A stretch of DNA of 61,749 bases, the filler included, from Sphacelaria rigidula (Eukaryota), in NCBI GenBank assembly GCA_964200075.2. It is 11 parts of 11 records of this genome, joined end to end, with 100 filler letters (N's around TTAATTAATTAA, not from the genome) between each part and the next. Parts side by side here need not be neighbours in the genome. Positions count along the whole stretch, not along the records: positions 22,493 to 28,015 come from CAXNAA020026651.1; positions 28,116 to 33,638 come from CAXNAA020026652.1; positions 33,739 to 39,261 come from CAXNAA020026653.1; 8 more parts are not named here. One strand, 5' to 3'. Below are positions 24,348-35,396 of the stretch, one piece after another (positions within the stretch are counted from its first letter, which is position 1; every line of letters begins with the position of its first letter). Below the pieces are notes generated by a model, which was not told where the DNA came from, did not search any database, and saw only the letters and a program-made list of their open reading frames with translations. The translations under genes were made by a program, and so were the position numbers.

Positions 24348-26394
24348 ATGACTTCTTCGACAGCCGGCTTAATAGTTATGATAATTACGGCTGACTTTGT
24401 CACAGCGCTACGGACATTGGTTGTGTCACCAACATCAACTTGGCATCCTTCTCCTCAGATCATGTACCCTCGTCGTGAGAAACACAGGTCCCTGTATAAG
24501 TGCAAACAAGCTACTGCGAGAGGTTTTTGTATCACGAGCGAACAACCCGAGGTGGATACTCCTCGAGCGGATAGCTGTGGTATTGCGGTAATACCGACAG
24601 CAACGACGAGTGAGGCCACCGCCATACTCGAAAGAGGCCTTGACGCGAAACCTGACTCGCACAATCAAGAACACGGACTTGTGCTTCTACTGCGTTCCCT
24701 CCGCCCTCCTGCCCTCTTCACAGCAGCGGCAACAACATTTGCGGGCCCATGCGCAGCCGCGGTTACTGGGGGTAGGATAGGGGGAGGCTACACAGGCGCT
24801 CGAGGAAGCCGTCCCAGCGCCCCTCCGATGCCGCAACAGCAGCAGCCGTACCGGCAACCGCAAAGCGAGTATAATCCCAGCCAGACAGGGGTAGGGGTGG
24901 ACGTCTACAGTAGGGGAAGTGGGATACACGTCCAGTTCAGGGGGCCTGGGTCCGGGTCAAGGAGGGCCCGCAGTCTCCGAAGAGCAAGCTACGATCCTGA
25001 AGCGGGAGATGCGGTGGCTACAAAGATAAGCCCGGGTGATGTTGCTATGATAGGTGGGGTAAGCGCGGGAATCATGGCGCTGCAGCGCCGCAACCGCGAC
25101 CGGTACCTCGACGAGAACGGTGGTGGCGGGGGGAATAACTCGAGCGGGAGAGCTGCTACTCCCGGCACTGCACGCGGTTCTAGAGAGACGGCTGTGGTGA
25201 CAACAATGCAGATGGCGATCTTTTGTGAGAGACAGGGCGGGAGGAATGACGTGCTGGGTACGTTGGACGCCCTGTCGCAGAGTGCGGACGCTGCTAGTCC
25301 GAGCGGTTTGTCGGCGCTTGTCAACGAGGTACCGTACGGTCCAGCAGTTGCGTTGATGACGCCGCACTGACCGTTTGGCCTATCCACCGTAGTCGCGGTT
25401 TGTGTGTCGATTCGCCTTGCGGGGGAATTCGTTAATACCCCTGATCACATTCGGCCAGGCGGGGGGCGCTCGTATTCGTGCTTGTAGACTGAGGAGGGCT
25501 CGCGTGTGCTTGAGATTCCTTGAGCGCATTACAACGAGTCCACGAGGATGTTGGCCGTGATCTCAACGCAGCTTCATGTCGGCTAATGTTCCTGCGCGTT
25601 AGATGTGTCTTACTTGATCAGCCCCCACAATCGAATGCTCGACTTCAGGTATGCCTGACGCTCCTGCGCGCGGAGAAGGACTGGGTGGGCACAACGGGCG
25701 GGACCAAGGTCTACACGCCAAAAGGTAAGCCGTTGCCTCCAAGTGTATCAGGGTTGCAGGTGTGCTGACTCTAAATCAAGCGTCAAAGTGGCACTGCCAT
25801 GGGCACAACTTCGCTCTTGGTCTTTCGCTTGCGCCCTCCTTGCTGACTTCAACGCTCTGGCAGATGCCCGTTGATAAGATGTCCCTGTGCTGGTCCTCTC
25901 GCAAAGACCTTGACTCGTCCACGAATTTCGCGAATTTCATGCACAGGGTAAGGGCCTCATTTTGCACAGTTGCAGCTCCGTTCGCAGTTTCAGCTTCTCG
26001 GGAGAGATGCCGTTGCATGACATAACTATCGCCTCAAATCTACGGCAGGTGGGTCGAGCCGTGGCAGTAAACGTGGCAATCAAAATGGCACACCCCAAGC
26101 AAGGGCCAAGCGCGACTTTAACAGGGCTGTAATGCGGGAGCGCGCCAAATGGGAACGAGAAACGGTGTCGAACACGCCCGAGCGCGGCTTCAGCAGCAGT
26201 CGAGCGCCGGGATGGAGAGGCTCTACGGACGCACCGGCGGGCACGTATGCGGTTGTGACGTTGATGATCGCGTGGGCCCGGTTGGGAAGCACCCCGCCTC
26301 AGGCGGCGACAAGAAGAGGCGGCGGGTCTTGGTGGTGGCAGGATGGAAACCGAGATAGAGATGGTGACAACGGGGGATTCTCCGTCGAAAACCG
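24348..26394 (+). CDS. DUF1517 / FLAP1-like protein, probably partial: exons 24348-25328, 25649-25724, 26049 to about 26394
   Basis: GGRIGGG motif, LDALSQSADAASPSGLSALVNE-VCLTLLRAEKDWV, AKRDFNRAVMRERAKWERETVSN and TYAVVTLMIA match the DUF1517 pattern. Splice phases are consistent. The last donor and the start codon are uncertain. Confidence 0.82.
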
Positions 26395-28315
26395 GTGTGT
26401 GGGTGTGTGGGTGTGCGTGTGCAGGTGTAGATTTAAACTCAAGATGAATGAGCAAAACTCCGCGGTAGTGCGGAGTTTGGAGCAGGAAAAAGGTGGAAAT
26501 GATCACTGCAGTTCAAAGGGATGTCCTGGGCACAGGCGTGGGGTGTATGTCGTGTGTGCCGTCCTCGACCCAACCACCGCCCACACGCATAGTGAACGCT
26601 CACGTGGCCCATGACATGTTCGTCGCCCATTTGCCGCACTTTGGCGATTAACCCTTTTGGAACTCACAGTGGAAAATTGATCATTTGCAATTGACGGTTT
26701 TTGAGCAAGATATGGTTGATGGTTCACAGCTTAGACGCAACAATGTTGGCCAAACGCGTATTTTTCAGACCTGTACGAGTGGAACAAGAGAAGGTTTCCT
26801 ATTTTCTTGCTGCGACCCGTCGGCGTTTTTTTCTACACTCATGAGCTCCTTCCCCGGCCACAGTGCGCGGCAGGCCTCTGTAAAGCTACTCCGCTAAATA
26901 TACGAACTGACGGCGTAATACAATCCCAGGCAGTCACCTTTCCGTGCCGCCGGAAGTGCTTCGATTCTGCCCTGTACAGTACTGGGTGTGTTTACAGCAG
27001 TTTGGGGTAATCTCGACTGCAGACTCACGTCATGCACAACATCGCGCTCATGCACGTTCCGACAGCACCATCCCGCCCTTTGAAAAATGGGTAAAGGCGA
27101 CGTAGACGCCATGTGCCCTGCAGTTATGCACCGTCATTGTGGTGTAGAGTCTGCCAAGTGCCGTCGCCCCAGGGGTAATACCTTACTGCTTCGTGTCATG
27201 TCTGTATTGTGTTTTGAAAATATCTCTGTAAAACGCGGGGCATGCGCAGAACTGCGCTCTGCCAAGTACGTGCCGACATCATACTTCGGGCTGACTATCA
27301 CACAACGGCGTAGCGAAAGGCACAGTTGCCCCACCACATCTATACCGCGGGTTGATCGTTCCCGACCGTTGTATAGACATATTTCATGCTGCATGAGATT
27401 CATGACGCCGGCTACCGCTATCTTCTCGTGCCGTCTACTCTCGTGGCCGACTTTTCACGACATGCCCATATTTATCTTGCACGGAGTGCAGCCTCAAGTC
27501 AATACTGTAACCTACTGTATTTACTGACTGTAGTGTTTTTCATATGGCCTGATTACGGTAGGCGGTGTCCGTCGGCTCCCTCCCGTGTACATGTATATCG
27601 CCTGTTCGGACGCCTGTGATTACACCCGCCATGTACCACCCGCACAACCCACTGTGCCTTCCACATGTGGTGACGGGATTTCGCTGGGTTCAGCCATACT
27701 ATGCTGTATGTACCGTGTGGCTTGGCAAACTCGCCACCCGATGCTGCAACCCGTCAAAGCGGTGCTTCCCTTATGTACAAATGCTGATATACAAACGTGC
27801 CAGGTTGGACCCTGGAGCCCATTGCTATTTTTTTAATGGAATGTTTCATAATGGTTTTGCTGATTATTGTCGATGGATGTAATTAGACACACTTCATCCG
27901 TTGCGTGGTATGATTGGACAAACCTTACCCAATTTCTCCAGGGAGGACATTCTTCTCCGGGCTTCCGTTATAAGAATGGTTGCCGTCGGCCTATTCTGTT
28001 CCCATGTTTTCCTCTNNNNNNNNNNNNNNNNNNNNNNNNNNNNNNNNNNNNNNNNNNNNTTAATTAATTAANNNNNNNNNNNNNNNNNNNNNNNNNNNNN
28101 NNNNNNNNNNNNNNNCGGATTTGAACAAACTGTGTGTTTATGAGAAGAAGAGAGTGTCGGGTGGGCGGGGAGGAATCGAACAGAACGACAAGGCAGACTA
28201 AGTTGTAATAAAAAAAAAGTAACAAAAAAGTCAACACATATGCCCTGCGATATGCTTAGCCGGTACATATTACTGTTCCGACACGAGGAACGGCGCCCGC
28301 ACGGGGTTTGATTTG

Positions 28316-28515
28316 CGATATGTGATTCGATTCTCGCACATTATCTGATCCCCCATGAATCCAGCCGTGGTCATTATCTACATGATGGACGTACCCGAGA
28401 TGAAACAAAAATGAAACACTCGCTAAAGAAAAGTGAAGCAAACAGAAGGTGGGACAGCCACAGAAGAGTAATCTGGAAAAAACAAAAACACAATAACACA
28501 AGTAAAACAAATACT
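28316..28515 (-). mobile_element. Non-LTR 3'-end copy of the (AATC)n-tail family
   Basis: Minus strand ACCACGGCTGGATTCATGGGGGATCAGATAATGTGCGAGAATCGAATC after a T-rich body. Confidence 0.7.
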
Positions 28516-29289
28516 TCTGGGGGGGGGTGGGGGGGGGGGGGGGGGTTTTTGCGGGTTTTGTTTTTTTTTTTTTCTGGTGGGGTGTTTACTTTTTTTTTTT
28601 TTTTTTTTTTTAGAANNNNNNNNNNGATGGGTACTTCGGTCGGGGGGGGGGGTTATCTCGCGTGGGCGTGTTTTTTTTTTCCGGGGGCAATGTCACGTCA
28701 TCCCCTTCTCTTTATTTTACACATGGAACACATACCGGTGGTGGCCTGATCAAGAACCGCGTTATTCGCATACTTCCTGAAGCGAGCTTATATTCCCGAT
28801 ATTTCCGAGAGAGCCCAAATTTCCGAACAGAGGAGGTATAATGTAAGAGAAAACTAGGTATGGCCGGTGTCTGTAAACACGGCTTCAGGTGAAAAAAGTC
28901 CTGCGCAAACAGCACACGCATTCACACCTGATTCAAAAAGAAGAAAGAATAAGTCGTTGGGAAATTGTGCGGTCCAAATATCTCAACCTACGTTGCTGCA
29001 CGGCACACCGGAACTATCGATAGGGAATAATGAACATTGAATTACCATTTAGGTACATTACAACAGACTACAGTACACGGCATTTGCACGTCCTGGACAA
29101 TAGATAACATTGTCGAAACATGCGCTGCGTACAATATCAACCATTGCGTGAATTGCAACAGGCGACAGATACCACGCTGTACGCAGTACACTTTTGAACA
29201 ATGTAGTAAATGGTCCAGGGTATGCACACCACAGCGCACAAAAGACACCCCAGCCAACACACACGACACACACAACACATAACGCACAC

Positions 29290-29763
29290 CTTGGGCATCG
29301 ACTGCATCTTCCTCCGTGCAGCCCGAAGCTCCAGATACACCTCATGCAGCACGGTACCCGGCGCGAACTCCGTCTCTTCCTCCACAATCACCTCGTTCGC
29401 CGCCGCCTCAACACTCACCCCCGCCGCACCCGCCGCTCTCTCCGCCAAATGTGGATACTGCTTCACAAATTGCGCAAGGCTCGAAGGACGCACGCTGCCG
29501 AGCGTCGGCGCGTCGGGAGCGGGCGCTGGTCGATGTGCTGCGGCTACCGTGGTAAGGTCTGGATGTTGATGTTTAAATCGGGTATGGGAGGTGGAGCTGT
29601 CAGTAGCGGTAGGTGGGTCGGTGGCGGCTGCTCCTGCGGTACTAGCGGCAGCGCCCGCGGTACGAACACAGGCGACAGGCCTTGAAGAGGATGCCTGCCC
29701 GAGCGCTGGTTGTGGTGCCTGACGACCAGTACCCGCTGGTTGTCCTGGTGGTGTGCCCTGTCG

Positions 29764-29794
<31 letters not shown>

Positions 29795-30298
29795 CGCCGC
29801 TGCTGTTGTTGTTGTCTTCGGGGCAGAATCAGCTTTGGGGGGCTCTGAACATTGGCGTTGTTGATGTCGTCTGACGATGGATGCGTTCCCGCCATCGATG
29901 CAATCCCCTGCGCTGGTTCATGAGGCCGGTTATCGCTGTTGTCCGGCCGAGGGATCTCTTGACGAGCGTTCAGACGAATGTTGGAACGGGGCGGAAGCAA
30001 CGACGTCAGCGACGACGCTTTCGGCTTGCTGTTAGGGATCTCGTGTATCTCCAAGCCTAAGCCTGGTCCAGACCCGTCCCACGCAGTGATTTTACTGCGA
30101 TACGATCGGTATTTGTTGGGGGGAGGTTGTTTCCCGTCGGGCGATGGAGCTGCGTCATCGTGCGAGCTGGGGCTGTGGTTGCTCCGGGGATGGCGGACTC
30201 TCCGCTTGTTCCCGGACATCTTCAGCGATGCCGCCGTCGCTATCGCATTTGCCTTCAGCTCAGACCATGACAATGAAGGGCATGGTGACGAACTGCGG

Positions 30299-30386
<88 letters not shown>

Positions 30387-33098
30387 CATCGCTATCATCA
30401 TCATCGTCGTCGTCGCTTTCGCTATCGTCATCATCCTCATCATAGCTACTACCATCGTCATCATCATCATTGCCGCTACCATTGTCACCAACTCTCCTGC
30501 CCTCAATGTCCGTTGCCCCGCCGGAGCGAATCTCCATTCCAGACTCGTAGCTCCATCTAGCCTTCTTCTTGCTACGCTTCATGGAAACCGCTAAATCTCT
30601 ACCCTCTCTCCCACCGCGGCCAAAACACTCATTGCTGCCCTCGCCCGAAGTGGTGGCATCCGCCGCTGCCGCCTGTTCAATCGCTACAACCTTCTGCAAT
30701 TCCGGATCAGGGGTAGTATCCAAAAAGAACCCCACGCCCCCCGGCAGCGCACCATCATCACCACCCGGCACCACCCGCGTGCATTCCACCATTGCCTTGT
30801 CCCAAGAGCACTCCTTAGCTTTAGGCGCGGCTGCCGCTGCGGGCCTAGCCGTCCTCAAAGCCGCAAGTTCCCGCCTGTTCGTGTCGGGTCTAGTATCTAT
30901 GGAGAACCCCACACCAACCTCCGACACCGTCGCACCACCGGACTTACGATCTACGGCGCTTTTGCCACCACGATCGCGAATACCGATCTCCGTAGATTGC
31001 ATCGTGACGTCATCGTCACGACCATCACCATTTCGATCCGCCGGCATCACGGGTGAATCTATGACGATAGCTTCGCTCGCTCGTTTCGGGTTCGACTTGA
31101 CCGGGGTCGGATCTAACCCTGACCCATCCGTTGCCGCGCGGCGTATCCCCCTCGCCCTTCCACTCCCACGGCTAGTCCCGCGATCCCCTGCTGTCGCCAT
31201 TGCTGCCATATCAGTATCTGAGTCTACTGTCATCACTTTCTGCGATCTCATACTATGCGTTTTGTTCAAAGGGACCAATCCTAGGGTCTCCTCTGACTCT
31301 ATTTTTCGTGCATCAGTGTTGATCGCCGTCGGCATTTTGCGAACATCGGTATTAACCGCAGGCGTCTTGATACCGTCTGAGTGTCTTGGCGGCCACAGGG
31401 CAGGCTCGAAAGCCGCCGCACCAGCACCTTGCCCACCGCCTTCGGAGTAGGTTGTCCTGGTCCGTTTCTTCTTTCTAGCTCCCTCCCCGCTAGCTTCTTC
31501 ATGTTTTCCCTTTTCCCCTGTTACCGCAGTCACTGACTCTCGTGCCCAGTTCATCTCCGATTGCTCTCTTCCCCCCTTTGCAGGTGTCGGCGACGCGGTC
31601 AGGTCGATCATCAGCGCAGCACCCCCAACCCCCACCTCCTCCTCTTGGTCCCCCTTCCGGTGATCTTCAAGATTCTCAGAACGTTGCTCCGATCCTTCCT
31701 CGGAACAGCCCTCAGAACGATCCTTGGCACATCCTTCTGGGGAAGAGGAAACGTCAATCGCGTCCTCCGTCGCTTCCACGCGTAGCACCTCCGTCACAGC
31801 CGTGCTACTCCCGCTAGACACCTCCCCTGTCGCTGTATCGGGTTTTGACTGCGTGCTTGTACCAGGTGGTCGCTCCTTCCTCTTAACACCCTTCACGGAA
31901 GCAGGAGCCGTAGCAGCGGTGGCACCTGCCGCACCTGCAGCACCGCCACTACGACGGACATAGGTCGAGTCTAGGGCGTCGTCGTAGTCATCGTCCGACG
32001 ATATGACCCAGATCGATGAAGAGGAAGTTGAGGACGATAGTGTGTCATCAGACGACGAGCCCACTTCGAAGACCTCGGTGCCACGACACGTGCTGATGGT
32101 CAAGTCCACATCGGACAGGAAGGTGGAGAAGTCGAACTCTGATGGACACCACTCAAGCACGACGGAGGAGGGAAAATGGGGCACAGTTTAGTTTGTTTAT
32201 ACCCAATTATTCACTGGGGAGGTTTTGTTCCTCGATTTTTTTAATCTCATCTTCCTTTCTTTCGTTTCCAATGGGTTTTTTCTCTTCTTTCTTTTGTGTC
32301 CCTCCATTTTTCCATTGCCCTTTCCAATTGTTGCTTCTTCCTTCCGATTGTTGCTGTTCGTCACTCTCTGACCTCTTTCATCCTTCATTTTTTTCACCCT
32401 TTATTCATATCCCATTTTCTATTCCAATGAAGGCTTTCTTGCTGTTTCCCCTCCCTTCTGTGCTGTCATGTCCCCCTCTCCCCCTCTGGGCCCCTCCGGG
32501 GCACCCCTTGCTTTCGGCATCGCAGATTTTGGATCAGCAATCCCGCACCGTGTTGAACCTCGTCCAACAAACTCAGTCAAACAGACTATTTTTGCCAGTC
32601 ACATTCCCACGCTCTCCAAGACATAATTCAGATACTCTCAAGAAAAAAAGTACACTATTTTCACCTGACGGAAATCGAACGGATATTTTTCCGACCTATT
32701 AATAGCATTAGTGTCACTTGTATCATTAGACCACCGGGGCGCGGCGGTCATCTCAGAACATGACAACTCACACATCGGAAGATGACAACACATGAATTGG
32801 ACCATGACAACATACATGTTGGAACATGACACACATTGGATCATGACGCCACACATATTAGAACATGATGAGACACATATTGGACGAGGACAACATACAT
32901 GCTGGAACATGACACACATTGGATAATGACACCACACACATTGGAACATGAAAACACACCAGGAGATGCACCTGGTCGAGATCGAAGCGCCCTTGTAGGG
33001 AAGCCAAAGCTGCCAAACCTCCTCGCCGTCACCGGCTCCTCCAGAGCCCGCTGGGCTAACCTTTCAATGCTCGACACCGTATTTTCCCTGGCCACCAC
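29290..33098 (-). CDS. Pol-beta superfamily nucleotidyltransferase (Trf4/TENT4-like non-canonical poly(A) polymerase), partial: exons 32972-33098 and 29290-32138
   Basis: A phase-1 splice gives ARENTVSSIERLAQRALEEPVTARRFGSFGFPTRALRSRPEFDFSTFLSDVDLTI (FGS...SDVDL motif), then ~900 aa of acidic/low-complexity sequence. AAG|GTGTG donor at 29290. Confidence 0.68.
30299..30470. repeat. (ATC)n microsatellite encoding poly-Asp on the minus strand
   Basis: Long ATC/GTC trinucleotide run in frame with the 1015-aa ORF. Confidence 0.95.
32600..32745 (-). mobile_element. tRNA-derived SINE head (family 2), intronic
   Basis: Minus strand GCCCCGGTGGTCTAATG (A-box-like) and GTTCGATTTCC (B-box-like). Confidence 0.55.
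32750..32960. repeat. Intronic minisatellite of TTGGA(A/T)CATGACAC(A)CA units
   Basis: Repeated ~18-21 bp degenerate units. Confidence 0.85.
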
Positions 33099-33254
33099 CT
33101 TCGCCAAAACAGATTAATAAAAAAATAATGAAAGAATAAAAACCGAATAGGTGGGGGTCACGTCGGCTGTCGTTGGGTGGACTTTTTGTTCTTGCTCCTG
33201 CGCCCATCATTTCGTCAGCTTGATGGCTCAAAATCCTTGCCCCTCTTGCTACCT

Positions 33255-33506
33255 TCTTGAACCTTTTGGAACTGTTGATGAACAAGTGACGATTTACAAT
33301 TGACGTTTTCTAGGGCAAGATATGATTAATTATCTGCAAGTGTTGGATAATGCAGCCCACCAATACAATGCCCCACTCTAAGTTCAAGTTTATCAATGTG
33401 ACAGATTCGTGCACCGAACACCAAGTGACGCTTTTCCGGTGACGAAAGCTCGCATATAGGAGTCTGTAAATCGTCACTTTTCCATCAAGGTTTCAAAAGG
33501 GTTAAC
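33255..33506. mobile_element. MITE-like element with AACCTTTTGGAAC...TTTCAAAAGGGTT inverted ends
   Basis: AAGTGACGATTTACA and TGTAAATCGTCACTT are inverted. The left end resembles 26649-26720. Confidence 0.55.
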
Positions 33507-34930
33507 TGGGGCCAAGGCAATTTTCAGGTCGTGATGGGAGAGCGGCTGATTTTGGGATGAGGTGTCATCCTACGATAGGGGAGGGGGGAGGGGGGGTGGA
33601 GGTGTACTCATGATCATGCATGCGATAGTCAGAAGAACNNNNNNNNNNNNNNNNNNNNNNNNNNNNNNNNNNNNNNNNNNNNTTAATTAATTAANNNNNN
33701 NNNNNNNNNNNNNNNNNNNNNNNNNNNNNNNNNNNNNNGAATATTCCCGAGAGGAGCCTTGAAAATAGTCCAAACATCATTGGACACCACGTGCGATGTT
33801 TCTGGGGGTATAACCTCCACAGGTCCACCCCGGTATTATGGCCAAAGAAAAATAACATTGAAGGATGTCGGAGTTTGTTTGTCTTCGCATCGCCACGCCC
33901 CCTCGAGTGATTCCACCCCTCTCATAGCAATTCAAAAACATGCAAGTATAAACATCAGCGGTTCATTTGGAATATGGCAAGTGTAACAGTCTGTACGTGC
34001 TTGAACAGGCGGGTTGGAGTTTTTGGGCGCGCCTTATGCGTTGGCGTCACGGTCACAGCTCATGGTAGTCTCCACCCGCTCGAAATTGCTGGATCAGTGT
34101 TCTTTTTCAATAATATGAATCACCAAAGTTATTATTCATAGCCCGCGCCTGTCGTTGGAGACGCTCATGCTCGAAGGCATGAAATATGCAGAGATGACGG
34201 GCTAGGCCAGCCGTGAAATGTACAAACGCACATCACACAGCAACTTCTCAAGTTTCCCGAATCAGTCCGATTTAACCCTTGTGGTACTGGCGATGGAAAA
34301 GTATGGATTTTGAGGTGCTGCTTTTGAAACGATGTACCGTTGAGTACTGACAGCTTTCGCGCAAATCTAATAACACGACCCGTGTTTTTCGGATTCGTAT
34401 GAAAATGTGCCCTTGTGCCGCACGGAACTCCGGATGGAAAAAAAAAAAGGCGGGTGGTGCTGATTTTTGTTTGTTTTGACTTCCGGCACTTGAGTGCTGA
34501 TTTGGGCTGTGTGAAAAAACTTGAACACGCTTGACCCGTTGCGTCCCTTATTGGACAAACTAGGCTGACTGCACAGCGGTGACATTTTGGTCCGCTCATG
34601 CCGTATGCCTATTTCGTGGCCTTCCGCCGTGAGAATGTTATCCATCAGTTTTTTCTGTTCCCATATTTTCTTTGTAAGGGCTTGGAATGATGAGTCGTCT
34701 GGCCCGGGGAAGGAAGGGCAGGCTTCTATCGCCCTGAACTGCAGATCAACCTGGTCATACACTCTCTGCCGCAAAAAAAAACATAACGAAAAAATATGTA
34801 CTGCACAATGTAGATGATGGATAGAAATATATATAATTTAATTAATTAATTAATTAATTGGATGGATGGATGGATGGAGGTTGGTCATTTGATTTATTTT
34901 TTTGAGCAAGGGAAAGACAATATCACCTTA

Positions 34931-35396
34931 GGCCGCTTCTAATGGCGAAGAAGTGTCAAGTCCTGTAAAAACGCTATTCTGGTCCTTGTTCGTCGCTTTA
35001 CACGCTGGAAAAAAGCTAGGCGGAGTTTAACACCTTGGAACGACTTGCTCTACTGTTTGAGACGGTTCTCGCATGTCATTGCGTTGTCCGGTGACCGCAG
35101 TCTTTATTTTGGCCCAACTTGATTCCTTCTCCGAAAAAGGTCGAGACCGGTCAAATCCAGAGACGAATGGCATTTTCTCTGGACTTGACAATCTCTGGAC
35201 AAGAACACTTGTTTGACAAAAATAAAAACTGCGGCCACCGGAAAACGTGAAAATGTCCTGGGACCGCACTCACGGGTACAGCAAGCCATTCCCAGGTATC
35301 AAACTCTGCCCAGCTCTCTTGTAGAGCGTAGAACGACGAGAAAGGACCAACATAGCCTTTTTTCAGGATTTTTCTTGACTGCTATAAGGAGCGGCA
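34931..35396. mobile_element. PIF/Harbinger-like palindromic MITE with TTA target duplication
   Basis: TTA|GGCCGCTTCTAATGGC...GCTATAAGGAGCGGCA|TTA. Same family as 58382-58895. Confidence 0.75.

Noticed and set aside
30144..30560. Poly-His, poly-Ser and poly-Met ORFs
   Set aside because: Alternative-frame readings of the (ATC)n repeat inside the poly-Asp exon.
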